Of a stretch of DNA of 39,801 nt, positions 1 through 7,578 are shown in pieces. The position numbers were made by a program, and so were the translations under genes. Location: the IMG/VR virus record IMGVR_UViG_3300038559_000036; one strand, written 5' to 3'. Source of the DNA: a virus. A model generated the notes under the pieces. The model was given only the letters and a program-made list of their open reading frames with translations. It was not told the origin of the DNA and did not search any database. The number at the start of each line of letters is the position of its first letter. Within the stretch, counting starts at the first letter, position 1.

Positions 1-119
1 TTGTATCCGTTATGACTCTAAATATTCAATACCCATAACGGATGTGATTTAACCATCAGCTTATTATAATAATTCTTGTTCAAATATGAACAATTAAAAA
101 GTTTGTTAATGTTTTATAA
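1..119. repeat. Partial copy (unit offset 19 to end) of the 136-bp tandem repeat seen at 39403..39801
   Basis: Read directly: 1..119 matches 39421..39538 and continues. It diverges from the unit at base 120. Confidence 0.95.
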
Positions 120-127
120 GGATTATT

Positions 128-307
128 ATGGATAATACATCTATGTTTTTATACCCTAAACAAGCAGCAAAATTTCTTGGTGTTTGTAGAACACAATTTT
201 ATTATTTTAGAAAACTTTCAAATTTCCCAAAGTCAAAAAATCCGCTAAACAAACGCCCACTTTATTTAAGGTGTGAATTAGAAGCTTGGGCAAAAACTAT
301 AACTTAA
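128..307 (+). CDS. AlpA/excisionase-like small HTH DNA-binding protein (59 aa, below the track length cutoff)
   Basis: Hand translation gives MDNTSMFLYPKQAAKFLGVCRTQFYYFRKLSNFPKSKNPLNKRPLYLRCELEAWAKTIT. The pattern (helix, FP.p, then an L..elE.W tail) is typical of the AlpA/MerR-like prophage regulator family. It lies directly after the tandem repeats. Confidence 0.6.
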   Translation: MDNTSMFLYPKQAAKFLGVCRTQFYYFRKLSNFPKSKNPLNKRPLYLRCELEAWAKTIT

Positions 308-325
308 TGCTGATAAAAACAATTA

Positions 326-1378
326 TTAAGATGATGGCCTAGCTCTTAACACTGATGGGTTACTATAAGAATAGACTACCGCATCTGCATCATAGATTGT
401 CACCGATTGTCCGGAAGAAGGGGTAGTAGTAGTTTCTGTAGATGAGGGGCTAAGAGTTAAAGGAAAAACCACGTCAGTTAAATTTTGCTCTTGCCGTCTA
501 AGATGTGCTGAACAATGATACAATAATTCTGGGTGTTCGTGGTGTTTATGATGTTGTTTAAATTTAGCTAAGACTTTCATAACTAACATCTTATCTTTAA
601 CTTCACGTGGCAATGATGTTAAAGAGTTAGCGCTAAGAGACATTGGGATAGTTTCGGTATGTTGACGAGGTAATAACGGTGTGTCTTCACAGTTAAATTT
701 GGTTTGATTTTTAAACGACCATAATAAAGATTTTTCTAGATCAACAGTAGATCCGTATTTTGTTAAAGCATTGCATCTTTGGATAGTTTTTTGTAGTTTC
801 TTTTGTAGAAATTCCTGTTGTTCTAAAAATACTTCTAAATCTCCTTCGTAAATTAAAGCATCCAACATCCGCTTCCAATCGTGTGGGTGCGATCCAAAAT
901 CTTTTAATGGAGGTTTACGAAAATTTCTAATACAAAACTCTATTACTTTTCTAATGGTATCGCCTGTTATGTTATAGCCTTGATGCCTAAATGCTTCCTC
1001 TAACTCTCTTTCTCTTTGTTTAGTTAAGTAAAAATCAGGATCGCCGTATTTAAAATAACAAAAAGCTTTAGTTGCCATTCTGGCACAAAATCCTGTTATG
1101 CCACCTCCTGATGTTACAGCTGCGTATAATGTAGCTAATGACTGAAAATTACTTGGTATGCCTAATGCTGTTACTATACCGCTTAAAAACTGGGCAAATG
1201 CGGCGCTTTGATAAAACATTACACCGCCAGCTATGCAACCAATAGACGTAAGGATAACCCTAAACATGCTTCTAGTTACATGTTTACATTTTAATATTGC
1301 CTCTATTTCTTCCTTTAAGAAAACAAAAGGAAACAACAGTAGATTTATAAGTTGTGCGTTTAATAAATAATTTGCCAT
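326..1378 (-). CDS. Hypothetical membrane protein (N-terminal hydrophobic segments, His-rich patch, Ser/Thr-rich tail)
   Basis: Long 350-aa ORF. It has 2-3 hydrophobic helices in the first ~110 aa, an HHKHHEH patch and an STETTTTPSS tail. It is tightly spaced with 1385..1906 as a two-gene unit. No family recognised. Confidence 0.6.
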   Translation of the reverse strand: MANYLLNAQLINLLLFPFVFLKEEIEAILKCKHVTRSMFRVILTSIGCIAGGVMFYQSAAFAQFLSGIVTALGIPSNFQSLATLYAAVTSGGGITGFCARMATKAFCYFKYGDPDFYLTKQRERELEEAFRHQGYNITGDTIRKVIEFCIRNFRKPPLKDFGSHPHDWKRMLDALIYEGDLEVFLEQQEFLQKKLQKTIQRCNALTKYGSTVDLEKSLLWSFKNQTKFNCEDTPLLPRQHTETIPMSLSANSLTSLPREVKDKMLVMKVLAKFKQHHKHHEHPELLYHCSAHLRRQEQNLTDVVFPLTLSPSSTETTTTPSSGQSVTIYDADAVVYSYSNPSVLRARPSS

Positions 1379-1384
1379 ATTACC

Positions 1385-1906
1385 TTAAAGTATTAAGCAT
1401 TTGTTTTTAGGCGGCCTCGGCGTAGCTTTATGAACAGTTACTGGCGGTAACTCTACCGTTGATGTTGCTGGGGTTGTTGGAGATGCAAACGTACCCTCGG
1501 TTGGGTACCTTGTAGTTGGTGTTTTAGGATCCGTAGATGGTGCTAATAAATCAAAATTTCCTGACGGATTTATTTGAAAATGTAATCTACGGTTAGCCGC
1601 AGGACGTGCAGTCCACCTACAATTTGCTTTGTAATAAGGCTCTGTACTATCAATCCTCTCTATAAAAAATATGCGATACGGGTGAGGGGGTGCGCCCATA
1701 TCTCTAATAAAATTAGAATAAGAATACATCCAATCATCACAAACTTTTGCGCCAATTGCTCCAAAATCTTTATATGACGGATTATTTGGGCTGTAACAGC
1801 GATCTCGTATTTCTAACCATTCTTGATACACTGGGTTAATAATAACATCCATAACGCTATTAGCATCCGCACTGCTACCGCTAGATCTAGGTTCTCCAGT
1901 ATACAT
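1385..1906 (-). CDS. Phage-associated putative DNA-binding protein (W..RC.nP....Y..(Y)G..G..VC..W ... RID....Y...NCRW motif family)
   Basis: YQEWLEIRDRCYSPNNPSYKDFGAIGAKVCDDWMYSYSNFIRDMG...IERIDSTEPYYKANCRWTARPAANRR matches a motif I recall from many phage and prophage proteins. Those are variously annotated as HNH-like or AP2-like, and the function is not established. The C-terminal tail is Pro/Thr-rich. Confidence 0.6.
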   Translation of the reverse strand: MYTGEPRSSGSSADANSVMDVIINPVYQEWLEIRDRCYSPNNPSYKDFGAIGAKVCDDWMYSYSNFIRDMGAPPHPYRIFFIERIDSTEPYYKANCRWTARPAANRRLHFQINPSGNFDLLAPSTDPKTPTTRYPTEGTFASPTTPATSTVELPPVTVHKATPRPPKNKCLIL

Positions 1907-2039
1907 CGTACAGCTCTCCTCTTTTTTTATATTTTCAAGAAAGTATAGCTTAAATATGCTGACAAGTTAGCAATCTACCGTAAGATATTCAAATTTTGAA
2001 CAGTTAAGGAAACCTCGGAAATTTCAGCAAACAGTTATC

Positions 2040-2074
2040 TTATCCACAGGGTTATTAAAAGATTTTGTGGATAA
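2040..2074. promoter_or_regulatory. Inverted pair of perfect DnaA-box 9-mers upstream of parA
   Basis: TTATCCACA at 2040..2048 and TGTGGATAA (its reverse complement) at 2066..2074, separated by 17 bp. They sit in the divergent intergenic region between 1906 and 2174. Confidence 0.6.
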
Positions 2075-2173
2075 GTTTATTTACAAGAGTGTATTTACTT
2101 TTAATTACTTTTATCTTACGTTAATGCTTATTATAATCATATAAATTTTAAAAACATATAAGTTGGAGTAAAA

Positions 2174-3145
2174 ATGAGTAACGGTACATTGTGTTTATCA
2201 CAAATTAGTAAATTAGTTGGGATGCATGGGGCATGTTTGCATGAAAGAGCAAAAGCTAGAAGAACAAAGACTCAAAAACTGTCAAGGGGGGGACAATACA
2301 AGATTTTATTAACGCCCGAACAAATAAAAAAAATAATACACGATCGATTTAATCCTTTAAGCGGGAAAGTAATTTATATAGGAAATTTAAAAGGTGGGGT
2401 GGGAAAAACTACGTTAGCATATTTAACAATAGAGATGCTATCCACACTAGGTTTAAAAACTTGTGCTATTGATTTAGATATTCAAGCAAATTTAACCAGA
2501 CAATTTGATGGCATAAAAGCAAATCCTCCGGTATTTGCGGACTTGGTAGATAAAAAACTTAAAATAGAAGATATAATAATTAAATTAAGTCCTACTTTAG
2601 ATATTATACCATCTTCGTTGAAAAATGGTTTAATTCAAAAAACGCTATCCCACGAAACACCAAAACATTATTTAACGTGGTTTAATTCATTATGCCTTTC
2701 ATATTTACGATCTAAATATGATGTTATTGTCGTAGATACTCCACCCAGTTTAACCACTCTAAACTCAGTATTTTGTTTGTGTTTACAAAGCACTGATAAT
2801 TTATTGATCCCTGCTTGTGCCGATGAGTTTTCTATAATGGGCATAGAAATGTTTTTAGAAGACGTAAAAACTATCCGTGAATCCTATAAAACCAATTCAG
2901 AACCAAAAACAAGCATACTCATAAATAAATTCTTTCAGAATCAAACTAACAACATAGAAATGTTTGCCAAAATAAGCAAAGCATATCCTAACTTGTTATC
3001 TAAAAATGTAATTAAAGACTGTGCAAAAATAAGAGAAACAACTACCGATAAAAAACATATAGGAGACGCAACCAGAAAATCAGAGCTTTTTGATGTTCTT
3101 GTTACATTATTAAATGAGTTTAATATTTTAAAAAAAGTGAAATAA
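2174..3145 (+). CDS. parA: ParA/Soj-family partition ATPase
   Basis: Deviant Walker A in IGNLKGGVGKTTLAYL and Walker B-like YDVIVVDTPPS. It is 323 aa with a ~65-aa N-terminal extension. A GGAG RBS lies just upstream of the ATG. Confidence 0.9.
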   Translation: MSNGTLCLSQISKLVGMHGACLHERAKARRTKTQKLSRGGQYKILLTPEQIKKIIHDRFNPLSGKVIYIGNLKGGVGKTTLAYLTIEMLSTLGLKTCAIDLDIQANLTRQFDGIKANPPVFADLVDKKLKIEDIIIKLSPTLDIIPSSLKNGLIQKTLSHETPKHYLTWFNSLCLSYLRSKYDVIVVDTPPSLTTLNSVFCLCLQSTDNLLIPACADEFSIMGIEMFLEDVKTIRESYKTNSEPKTSILINKFFQNQTNNIEMFAKISKAYPNLLSKNVIKDCAKIRETTTDKKHIGDATRKSELFDVLVTLLNEFNILKKVK

Positions 3146-3148
3146 ATA

Positions 3149-4582
3149 ATGTCTGTCGATATAGATAAAATCTTAAAAAAAGCTAAAGAATTAAACGCGA
3201 AGAAAAAAAACAAGCCACAATGTAACTCTGTTATTACTGGCTTACCGGCCGAATATAAACCATGGTATCAAGGTGATAACTTTTCTCCTGAAGAAGCTGA
3301 GAAGTTAGAAACCTCTCAGCCGCCGATCATGGAAGTTTTGGTTACGGCGGCCGTTGAGGAAAAAAACTCCCATCAAAATTTACATTTCAAGGAAGATAAC
3401 TTTATGAATCATGACAATGACATAAAAATGGATGAAATTCAACTTAAAACAAACCTAGTACAAACGGAGTACAAACCTAGTACAGGCACAGATCGTACAC
3501 AGATCGTACACAAACGTGATTCAAACTGGAGTCAAAGTGGAGTCAAACTGGAGTCAAAGTGGAGTCAAACTGGAGTCAAACTGGAGTCAAAGTGGAGTCA
3601 AAGTGGAGTCAAAGTGGAGTCCAGATTACTTTCAAAATCAGAAACTGGAGTCAAACTGGAGTCACAACTGGAGTCAAAGTGGAGTCAAAGTGGAGTCAAA
3701 GTGGAGTCAAAACAGCCAAATTACTCCTCGTTAGTTGGGCTTCAAAGAGCTATCATTTTTTTGATTTATTCAGAATGCCAAAAAGCTAGATCTAAGGTTA
3801 CCAATCCATTAACGGTGGAACATATTAAAGATGCCATAAATTGCAAAAAATCCAGCATAAAAGCAGCAATACGGCGGTTAGAAAGAAAACACTGTATATC
3901 CAGAGTTGCTTATAAAAATGGTAAGGGTGGATGGTCAAAATATACTATCCCTGATTTGTTGTTTCATGAGATGCTCCACCTTGAAACTGGAGTCAAAGTG
4001 GAGTCAAAGTGGAGTCAAAGTGGAGTCAAAGTGGAGTCCAAAGTGGAGTCAACCCCCGTTAGTAGTAGTAGTTATATTAATAATAAAAATACTACTACTA
4101 ACGGAAACGAGCTTCCCGAGGAATGGAGGAACATAAATTTAGATCCCTTACAAGATATTGGCTTTTCAGAAAAACATCTTAGACAGATTTTTAATCTTAA
4201 CCTCCCCGATGTAGTCGAGGAATCAATCAAGCATTTTGCATTTGGGCTTTTGAATAATCCAAATGCAAAACAATATACAAATCCGATAAACGTGATAATG
4301 GGAGTTTTACGAAAAGGCCAAGCGTGGGTTGAAAATAATTACAAATCACCACAAGAAATAGCACAACAAGAACTTGCGTCACGAAAAAAAGCAGAAGCGG
4401 AACGCTTAGCAAAACTCGCTCAAGAAATTTATGACGCAGAATTTAAGATATGGGAAAATGGATTATCAGCGGAAGAAATAAAAGCTATTGAGTTTGGAAC
4501 AAAATATTGTGGCCCACTAAAATCTAGGTTAAAAGCATGTTTTAATGAAACCGCATGGGCAACCAAGCAAAACAAACCCTAA
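3149..4582 (+). CDS. Repeat-containing winged-helix DNA-binding protein; candidate replication initiator (or ParB-analogue centromere binder)
   Basis: Starts 4 nt after the parA stop. A central wHTH-like segment (LQRAIIFLIYSEC...IKAAIRRLERKHCISRV, about 3730..3975) is flanked by SKWSQSGVKVE peptide repeats encoded by 11-bp DNA repeats. The C-terminus (NPINVIMGVLRKGQAW) resembles DnaD-like replisome-organiser tails. Confidence 0.6.
   Translation: MSVDIDKILKKAKELNAKKKNKPQCNSVITGLPAEYKPWYQGDNFSPEEAEKLETSQPPIMEVLVTAAVEEKNSHQNLHFKEDNFMNHDNDIKMDEIQLKTNLVQTEYKPSTGTDRTQIVHKRDSNWSQSGVKLESKWSQTGVKLESKWSQSGVKVESRLLSKSETGVKLESQLESKWSQSGVKVESKQPNYSSLVGLQRAIIFLIYSECQKARSKVTNPLTVEHIKDAINCKKSSIKAAIRRLERKHCISRVAYKNGKGGWSKYTIPDLLFHEMLHLETGVKVESKWSQSGVKVESKVESTPVSSSSYINNKNTTTNGNELPEEWRNINLDPLQDIGFSEKHLRQIFNLNLPDVVEESIKHFAFGLLNNPNAKQYTNPINVIMGVLRKGQAWVENNYKSPQEIAQQELASRKKAEAERLAKLAQEIYDAEFKIWENGLSAEEIKAIEFGTKYCGPLKSRLKACFNETAWATKQNKP
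3488..3512. repeat. Two tandem 11-bp units ACAGATCGTAC, each with a GATC site
   Basis: Read directly: acagatcgtac acagatcgtac aca. It lies 15 bp upstream of the main 11-bp array and has the same 11-bp period. Confidence 0.85.
3527..3712. repeat. Iteron-like array: 15 copies of 11-bp TGGAGTCAAAG/C (9 contiguous, 20-bp gap, 6 more)
   Basis: Read directly. Units start at 3527 and recur every 11 bp to 3625, then run from 3646 to 3712, with one 12-bp variant (tggagtcacaac). Confidence 0.95.
3988..4054. repeat. Second iteron-like array: 6 copies of the same 11-bp unit
   Basis: Read directly: tggagtcaaag x4, then tggagtccaaag, then tggagtcaacc. It lies on the far side of the wHTH-coding segment. 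Confidence 0.95.
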
Positions 4583-4780
4583 CCAAGGCCACTTTTATCG
4601 CTTTGTAGCCGCCTTCTTACCCTAACTGCGGCTACCCTAGCGGCCAACTAAAAGAATGGCTAATAAAGCGTTAGGGTGAGTTGGTGTATCTGCACGAATA
4701 GTGACAATTTAGGGAACAGTTTTTGGTAAGTTGATACTGCTGCCCCATATGCTATAGAAAGTTAATAACATAGGAGAAAA

Positions 4781-5053
4781 ATGCTCATGGAAAAAGAACC
4801 ACCACACCCTGGAGAGATATTACTCAGGGAATTTATAGAACCTAACGGCCTTATGCCACACAGATTAGCCAAAGATTTAGGTTGGCCTTATTCAAAATTG
4901 GAAAAGCTTATGGATGGAGAAATAAACCTTACGGTTGATTCTGCCATGGAATTAGCAGAGGTTTTAGATATGGAACCTGATTTTTGGGTAAGCTTACAGG
5001 CCAAATGGAGTAAATGGCATGATAATCAAGCGTTAGTAGACGAGAACCTTTAA
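4781..5053 (+). CDS. higA: HigA-family (XRE-type HTH) antitoxin-like protein, no adjacent HigB
   Basis: PPHPGEILLREFIEPNGL....LAKDLGWPYSKLEKLMDGEINLTVDSAMELAEVL..EPDFWVSLQAKW is the classic HigA/VapI signature. An AGGAG RBS is present. The 200 bp upstream has no ORF that could be higB. Confidence 0.8.
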   Translation: MLMEKEPPHPGEILLREFIEPNGLMPHRLAKDLGWPYSKLEKLMDGEINLTVDSAMELAEVLDMEPDFWVSLQAKWSKWHDNQALVDENL

Positions 5054-5302
5054 CACGAAATATCCGTGTAGTAATGTGAGTATTGTTCCAAACAAATATA
5101 CCACATTTTTTAAGCGCTTGAATCCAGAGGTTATGGCAAACTCAAGGTTTTGAATATGCTCTTTAGTTGCGATAAGACGTAAGTCCGTTTCGCCAGCAAT
5201 TGCTAAATTACGAGCTAACATTTTAGCTTGGTGTTCAGGGAAACCAGCTTCAATAAATTCATCAGTTTTTAATAACATGTTTATTTTCATCCATAAATCC
5301 AC
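5033..5302 (-). CDS. DUF1640-like coiled-coil protein with C-terminal TM anchor (paralogue 1 of 6)
   Basis: EAGFPEHQAKMLARNL...LIATKEHIQNLE followed by the hydrophobic tail VVYLFGTILTLLHGYFVL, the same architecture as five other ORFs in this window. Start is uncertain (ATG at 5302, 5290 or 5278). It is the last gene of the late/lysis operon. Confidence 0.6.
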   Translation of the reverse strand: MDLWMKINMLLKTDEFIEAGFPEHQAKMLARNLAIAGETDLRLIATKEHIQNLEFAITSGFKRLKNVVYLFGTILTLLHGYFVLKVLVY

Positions 5303-5335
5303 TAAATCCGTTTAATGTTCCTCGTGGAACATATA

Positions 5336-5584
5336 TTAATCATCCATAGAATGTTTACTAGGTGGTAATAATTTATCAATATCTATGCCTGTTTCTTTCT
5401 TAACAATTTCTTCTATGACTTCTTCTGCAAATTCAGTACCAGGATTATTAATTTTACCCGTATACCAATAACAAACACCAGAGAAAATAACAGAAAGAAT
5501 GATAATCACGAAGCAAATTACCTTGGTGTTTGCCCCCATAGCAATAACTTTATCAACAAGACCATTAACGCAAGGATCGCTCAT
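5336..5584 (-). CDS. Single-pass membrane protein, holin/spanin candidate
   Basis: 82 aa with one strong TM (VICFVIIILSVIFSGVCYWY) and an acidic C-terminal tail. It overlaps the upstream lysin-like gene by 4 nt. Confidence 0.45.
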   Translation of the reverse strand: MSDPCVNGLVDKVIAMGANTKVICFVIIILSVIFSGVCYWYTGKINNPGTEFAEEVIEEIVKKETGIDIDKLLPPSKHSMDD

Positions 5585-6087
5585 TTTTTAACCCCAACAA
5601 AGTTATTGTAGTTAGTAATATATTCATCAACAGTAGCTTTACCGCCAGCTGTATTATAATATTTTTTATAGTATTCTGCTTGAAGTTCTAAGGTCTTAGG
5701 GATAGGTTCAGACACCCTATGGTAGTATAATCTTGCCATAGCTGTTGCATAATAAAGATTGTATAGCATAATATTAGCCGTTGGGTTATTAGGAACATTA
5801 CAAAAACTTATTATCTTATCTAGTAAATAATGATTAGATAAATTTAGATGTTTCCAAATGTCATCATGAGTGGCTGATTGCATTTGATAAACCCCGACAG
5901 CCAAAATGTTTTTTTGTAATGATGCATATAAATCAGGATTGGTACCTTCTTGAAATAAATATGTACCGCCTCTGGATTCTTGAGCGCAAGTTCCTACAAG
6001 TAAGTCTTCGGCTTCTTGGCTATAAAGATAAATAGCGCGCAATACTGGTTGGATTATTAGTTGTCTAAACTGTAAGTTATTAAACAT
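5581..6087 (-). CDS. Lytic transglycosylase-like endolysin
   Basis: GTCAQESRGGTYLFQ ... AVGVYQMQSATHDDIW resembles the SLT-type catalytic Glu-Ser motif plus the GlyQ(M/I) motif. It sits at the end of the late operon next to a TM protein. Confidence 0.55.
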   Translation of the reverse strand: MFNNLQFRQLIIQPVLRAIYLYSQEAEDLLVGTCAQESRGGTYLFQEGTNPDLYASLQKNILAVGVYQMQSATHDDIWKHLNLSNHYLLDKIISFCNVPNNPTANIMLYNLYYATAMARLYYHRVSEPIPKTLELQAEYYKKYYNTAGGKATVDEYITNYNNFVGVKK

Positions 6088-6448
6088 TATTTAGGTTCCC
6101 TCCCAAGTACTCTGTAACTGCATCCATTGCCTCATCTAAAGAATAGCATACGACAGCTCTGTAGGCTCTGTCATTTAAATTATTAAGCCATATTTTTTGA
6201 TGTTCGGAAAGGCGGCCTGTTTTAGATTTTAATTCTATAAACAACCCATGAAAGCCATTATAAGGCAAGGCCATGAATAGATCAGGTACTCCAGGCGTAA
6301 CGCCTTGCGCCTTGAGGCTTTTAGCCTCAAGACGATTTCTACTCCCCCCATTAGGGATAGCAAAGGTAACAAGACGTAAGCAGGGGTAAAAACACAGCCA
6401 TTCAAAGAAATCACTTTGGATCTTCTTTTCTGGGATCTGTATGCTCAA
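6080..6448 (-). CDS. VRR-NUC domain nuclease (PD-(D/E)xK)
   Basis: GVTPGVPDLFMALP...GLFIELKSKTGRLSEHQKIWLNNL matches the VRR-NUC D...ExK core plus the Q..W tail. Confidence 0.75.
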   Translation of the reverse strand: MSIQIPEKKIQSDFFEWLCFYPCLRLVTFAIPNGGSRNRLEAKSLKAQGVTPGVPDLFMALPYNGFHGLFIELKSKTGRLSEHQKIWLNNLNDRAYRAVVCYSLDEAMDAVTEYLGGNLNNV

Positions 6449-6450
6449 AC

Positions 6451-6696
6451 CTAATTAGCAGCAGGTGTAGCTATAGCCGAGCTTACAGCGTTTACCACGT
6501 TTTCAGTAGTACCTAAAGCAGCATCAACATCACTAATTACAGTACCAACAGTACCAGGAAGTTTCACTGAATTTAACATATCTAAAATAGATTTAGCTTC
6601 TGCTAAACGTCCTACTAAAGCATTGTGATTAGCAGCACTTTGTTCAATAGCCTGAGCTAATTGAGATACGCGTTCAATTAATGATTGCATTGTCAT
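6451..6696 (-). CDS. Hypothetical small coiled-coil protein
   Basis: 81-aa ORF tightly packed in the late operon. No motif recognised. Confidence 0.5.
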   Translation of the reverse strand: MTMQSLIERVSQLAQAIEQSAANHNALVGRLAEAKSILDMLNSVKLPGTVGTVISDVDAALGTTENVVNAVSSAIATPAAN

Positions 6697-6712
6697 AGTT
6701 ATATTTCCTTAT

Positions 6713-6739
6713 ATAAAAATGCCCTCCATCTTGAAGGGC
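6713..6739 (-). terminator. Rho-independent terminator/attenuator candidate
   Basis: On the minus strand, gcccttcaagatggagggc is followed by atttttat. It lies between genes 6752..7531 and 6451..6696. Confidence 0.45.
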
Positions 6740-6751
6740 GTTAATCGATAA

Positions 6752-7531
6752 TTACACGGCAGGCGTTATTGCGATCCAGCTTACGGTAGTTGCAGCACCA
6801 GGATCGGTGCTAAAACTTACTGTTAATGTACCAGCACCTGGAACTACTTTAGTAATTGAAACAGCGTTAGTAGAGGCTAAAATAGAAGCTGTCACTATAC
6901 TGGTTGCTCCAACGTTAGTTGCTGTATAAGCATTGCTTGTACCACCACCTGCGTATGCAGCAGTAGTTGCAGCATGTAATGTAAATCCAGCATCTTGAAT
7001 TGCACCAACCGTACCAGTTGCTTTAACAACATTTCCACTTACTAAAGCACTAGGAGCTAGCACAAAATTAGCTGTTGTAGCGGCTGGATCGGGAATTGTA
7101 AAAGTCCTAACACCAGCTTGTGAGGCATTCGTTATAGTGGCTGCTGTGTTTCCTGCATTTGAGGTGGCAGCTACAACTAAGTTTCCTCTGTTTGCTGTTG
7201 CTGGGAAAGAAATAAAATCACCAGCTACACCGCTCGATCCTGCCTGGACGTTTCCAGCAAAAGAACCACCGGAGCTGGCTGGGGTTACTAAGCTATAAAC
7301 TAAATTAGGCGCAGTTCCTGTAATAGATATAGCTAGCCAAACTGGACCGCTAGTTGTGTTAACAAGGGCTATTTGACCGTTTGATACAGTTAATAGATTT
7401 TCATGAATTGCTTTAGATAAATATCCTGTTGTTGTCACAGTTGCAACAGAGTCGTTAGTATTTATAAAAACTAGATTAGGAATAACACCGGCTAACCCAG
7501 TAACGCTACTTGTAGCTTGTAAAATTGACAT
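6752..7531 (-). CDS. Ala/Thr/Gly-rich virion-associated protein (fibre-like), function unknown
   Basis: 259-aa ORF in the tail-fibre region. Its composition resembles the neighbouring fibre proteins. Confidence 0.55.
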   Translation of the reverse strand: MSILQATSSVTGLAGVIPNLVFINTNDSVATVTTTGYLSKAIHENLLTVSNGQIALVNTTSGPVWLAISITGTAPNLVYSLVTPASSGGSFAGNVQAGSSGVAGDFISFPATANRGNLVVAATSNAGNTAATITNASQAGVRTFTIPDPAATTANFVLAPSALVSGNVVKATGTVGAIQDAGFTLHAATTAAYAGGGTSNAYTATNVGATSIVTASILASTNAVSITKVVPGAGTLTVSFSTDPGAATTVSWIAITPAV

Positions 7532-7578
7532 CTTTGCCCTCCATGGTTTAGATTAATTTATATTTTATTTGGCAGAAA

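Noticed and set aside
2941-3213. 90-aa antisense ORF across the parA/rep junction, and other antisense ORFs (4227..4412, 13362..13631, 14103..14571, 17159..17467, 18616..18834, 19902..20171, 22671..23018, 23359..23541, 24197..24441, 24752..25054, 25322..25540, 26260..26463, 27810..28007, 28365..28559, 28771..29016, 30587..30967, 31119..31310, 32548..33370, 35010..35261, 35303..35584, 35670..35888, 36721..36942, 16165..16416)
   Set aside because: Each lies opposite, or out of frame within, a longer ORF with motif or positional support. They are low-complexity shadow translations, and no independent signal was seen.
3516-4136. Track ORFs 3516..3734, 3559..3789 and 3906..4136, in the other two plus-strand frames of the rep-like gene
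   Set aside because: They exist only because the 11-bp repeat has no stop codon in any phase. They are short and nested in the 477-aa ORF, which alone has coupling to parA and non-repeat domains.
4583-4780. A degraded higB toxin upstream of higA
   Set aside because: Hand translation of all three plus-strand frames gives only very short stop-riddled peptides with no RelE/HigB-like motif.
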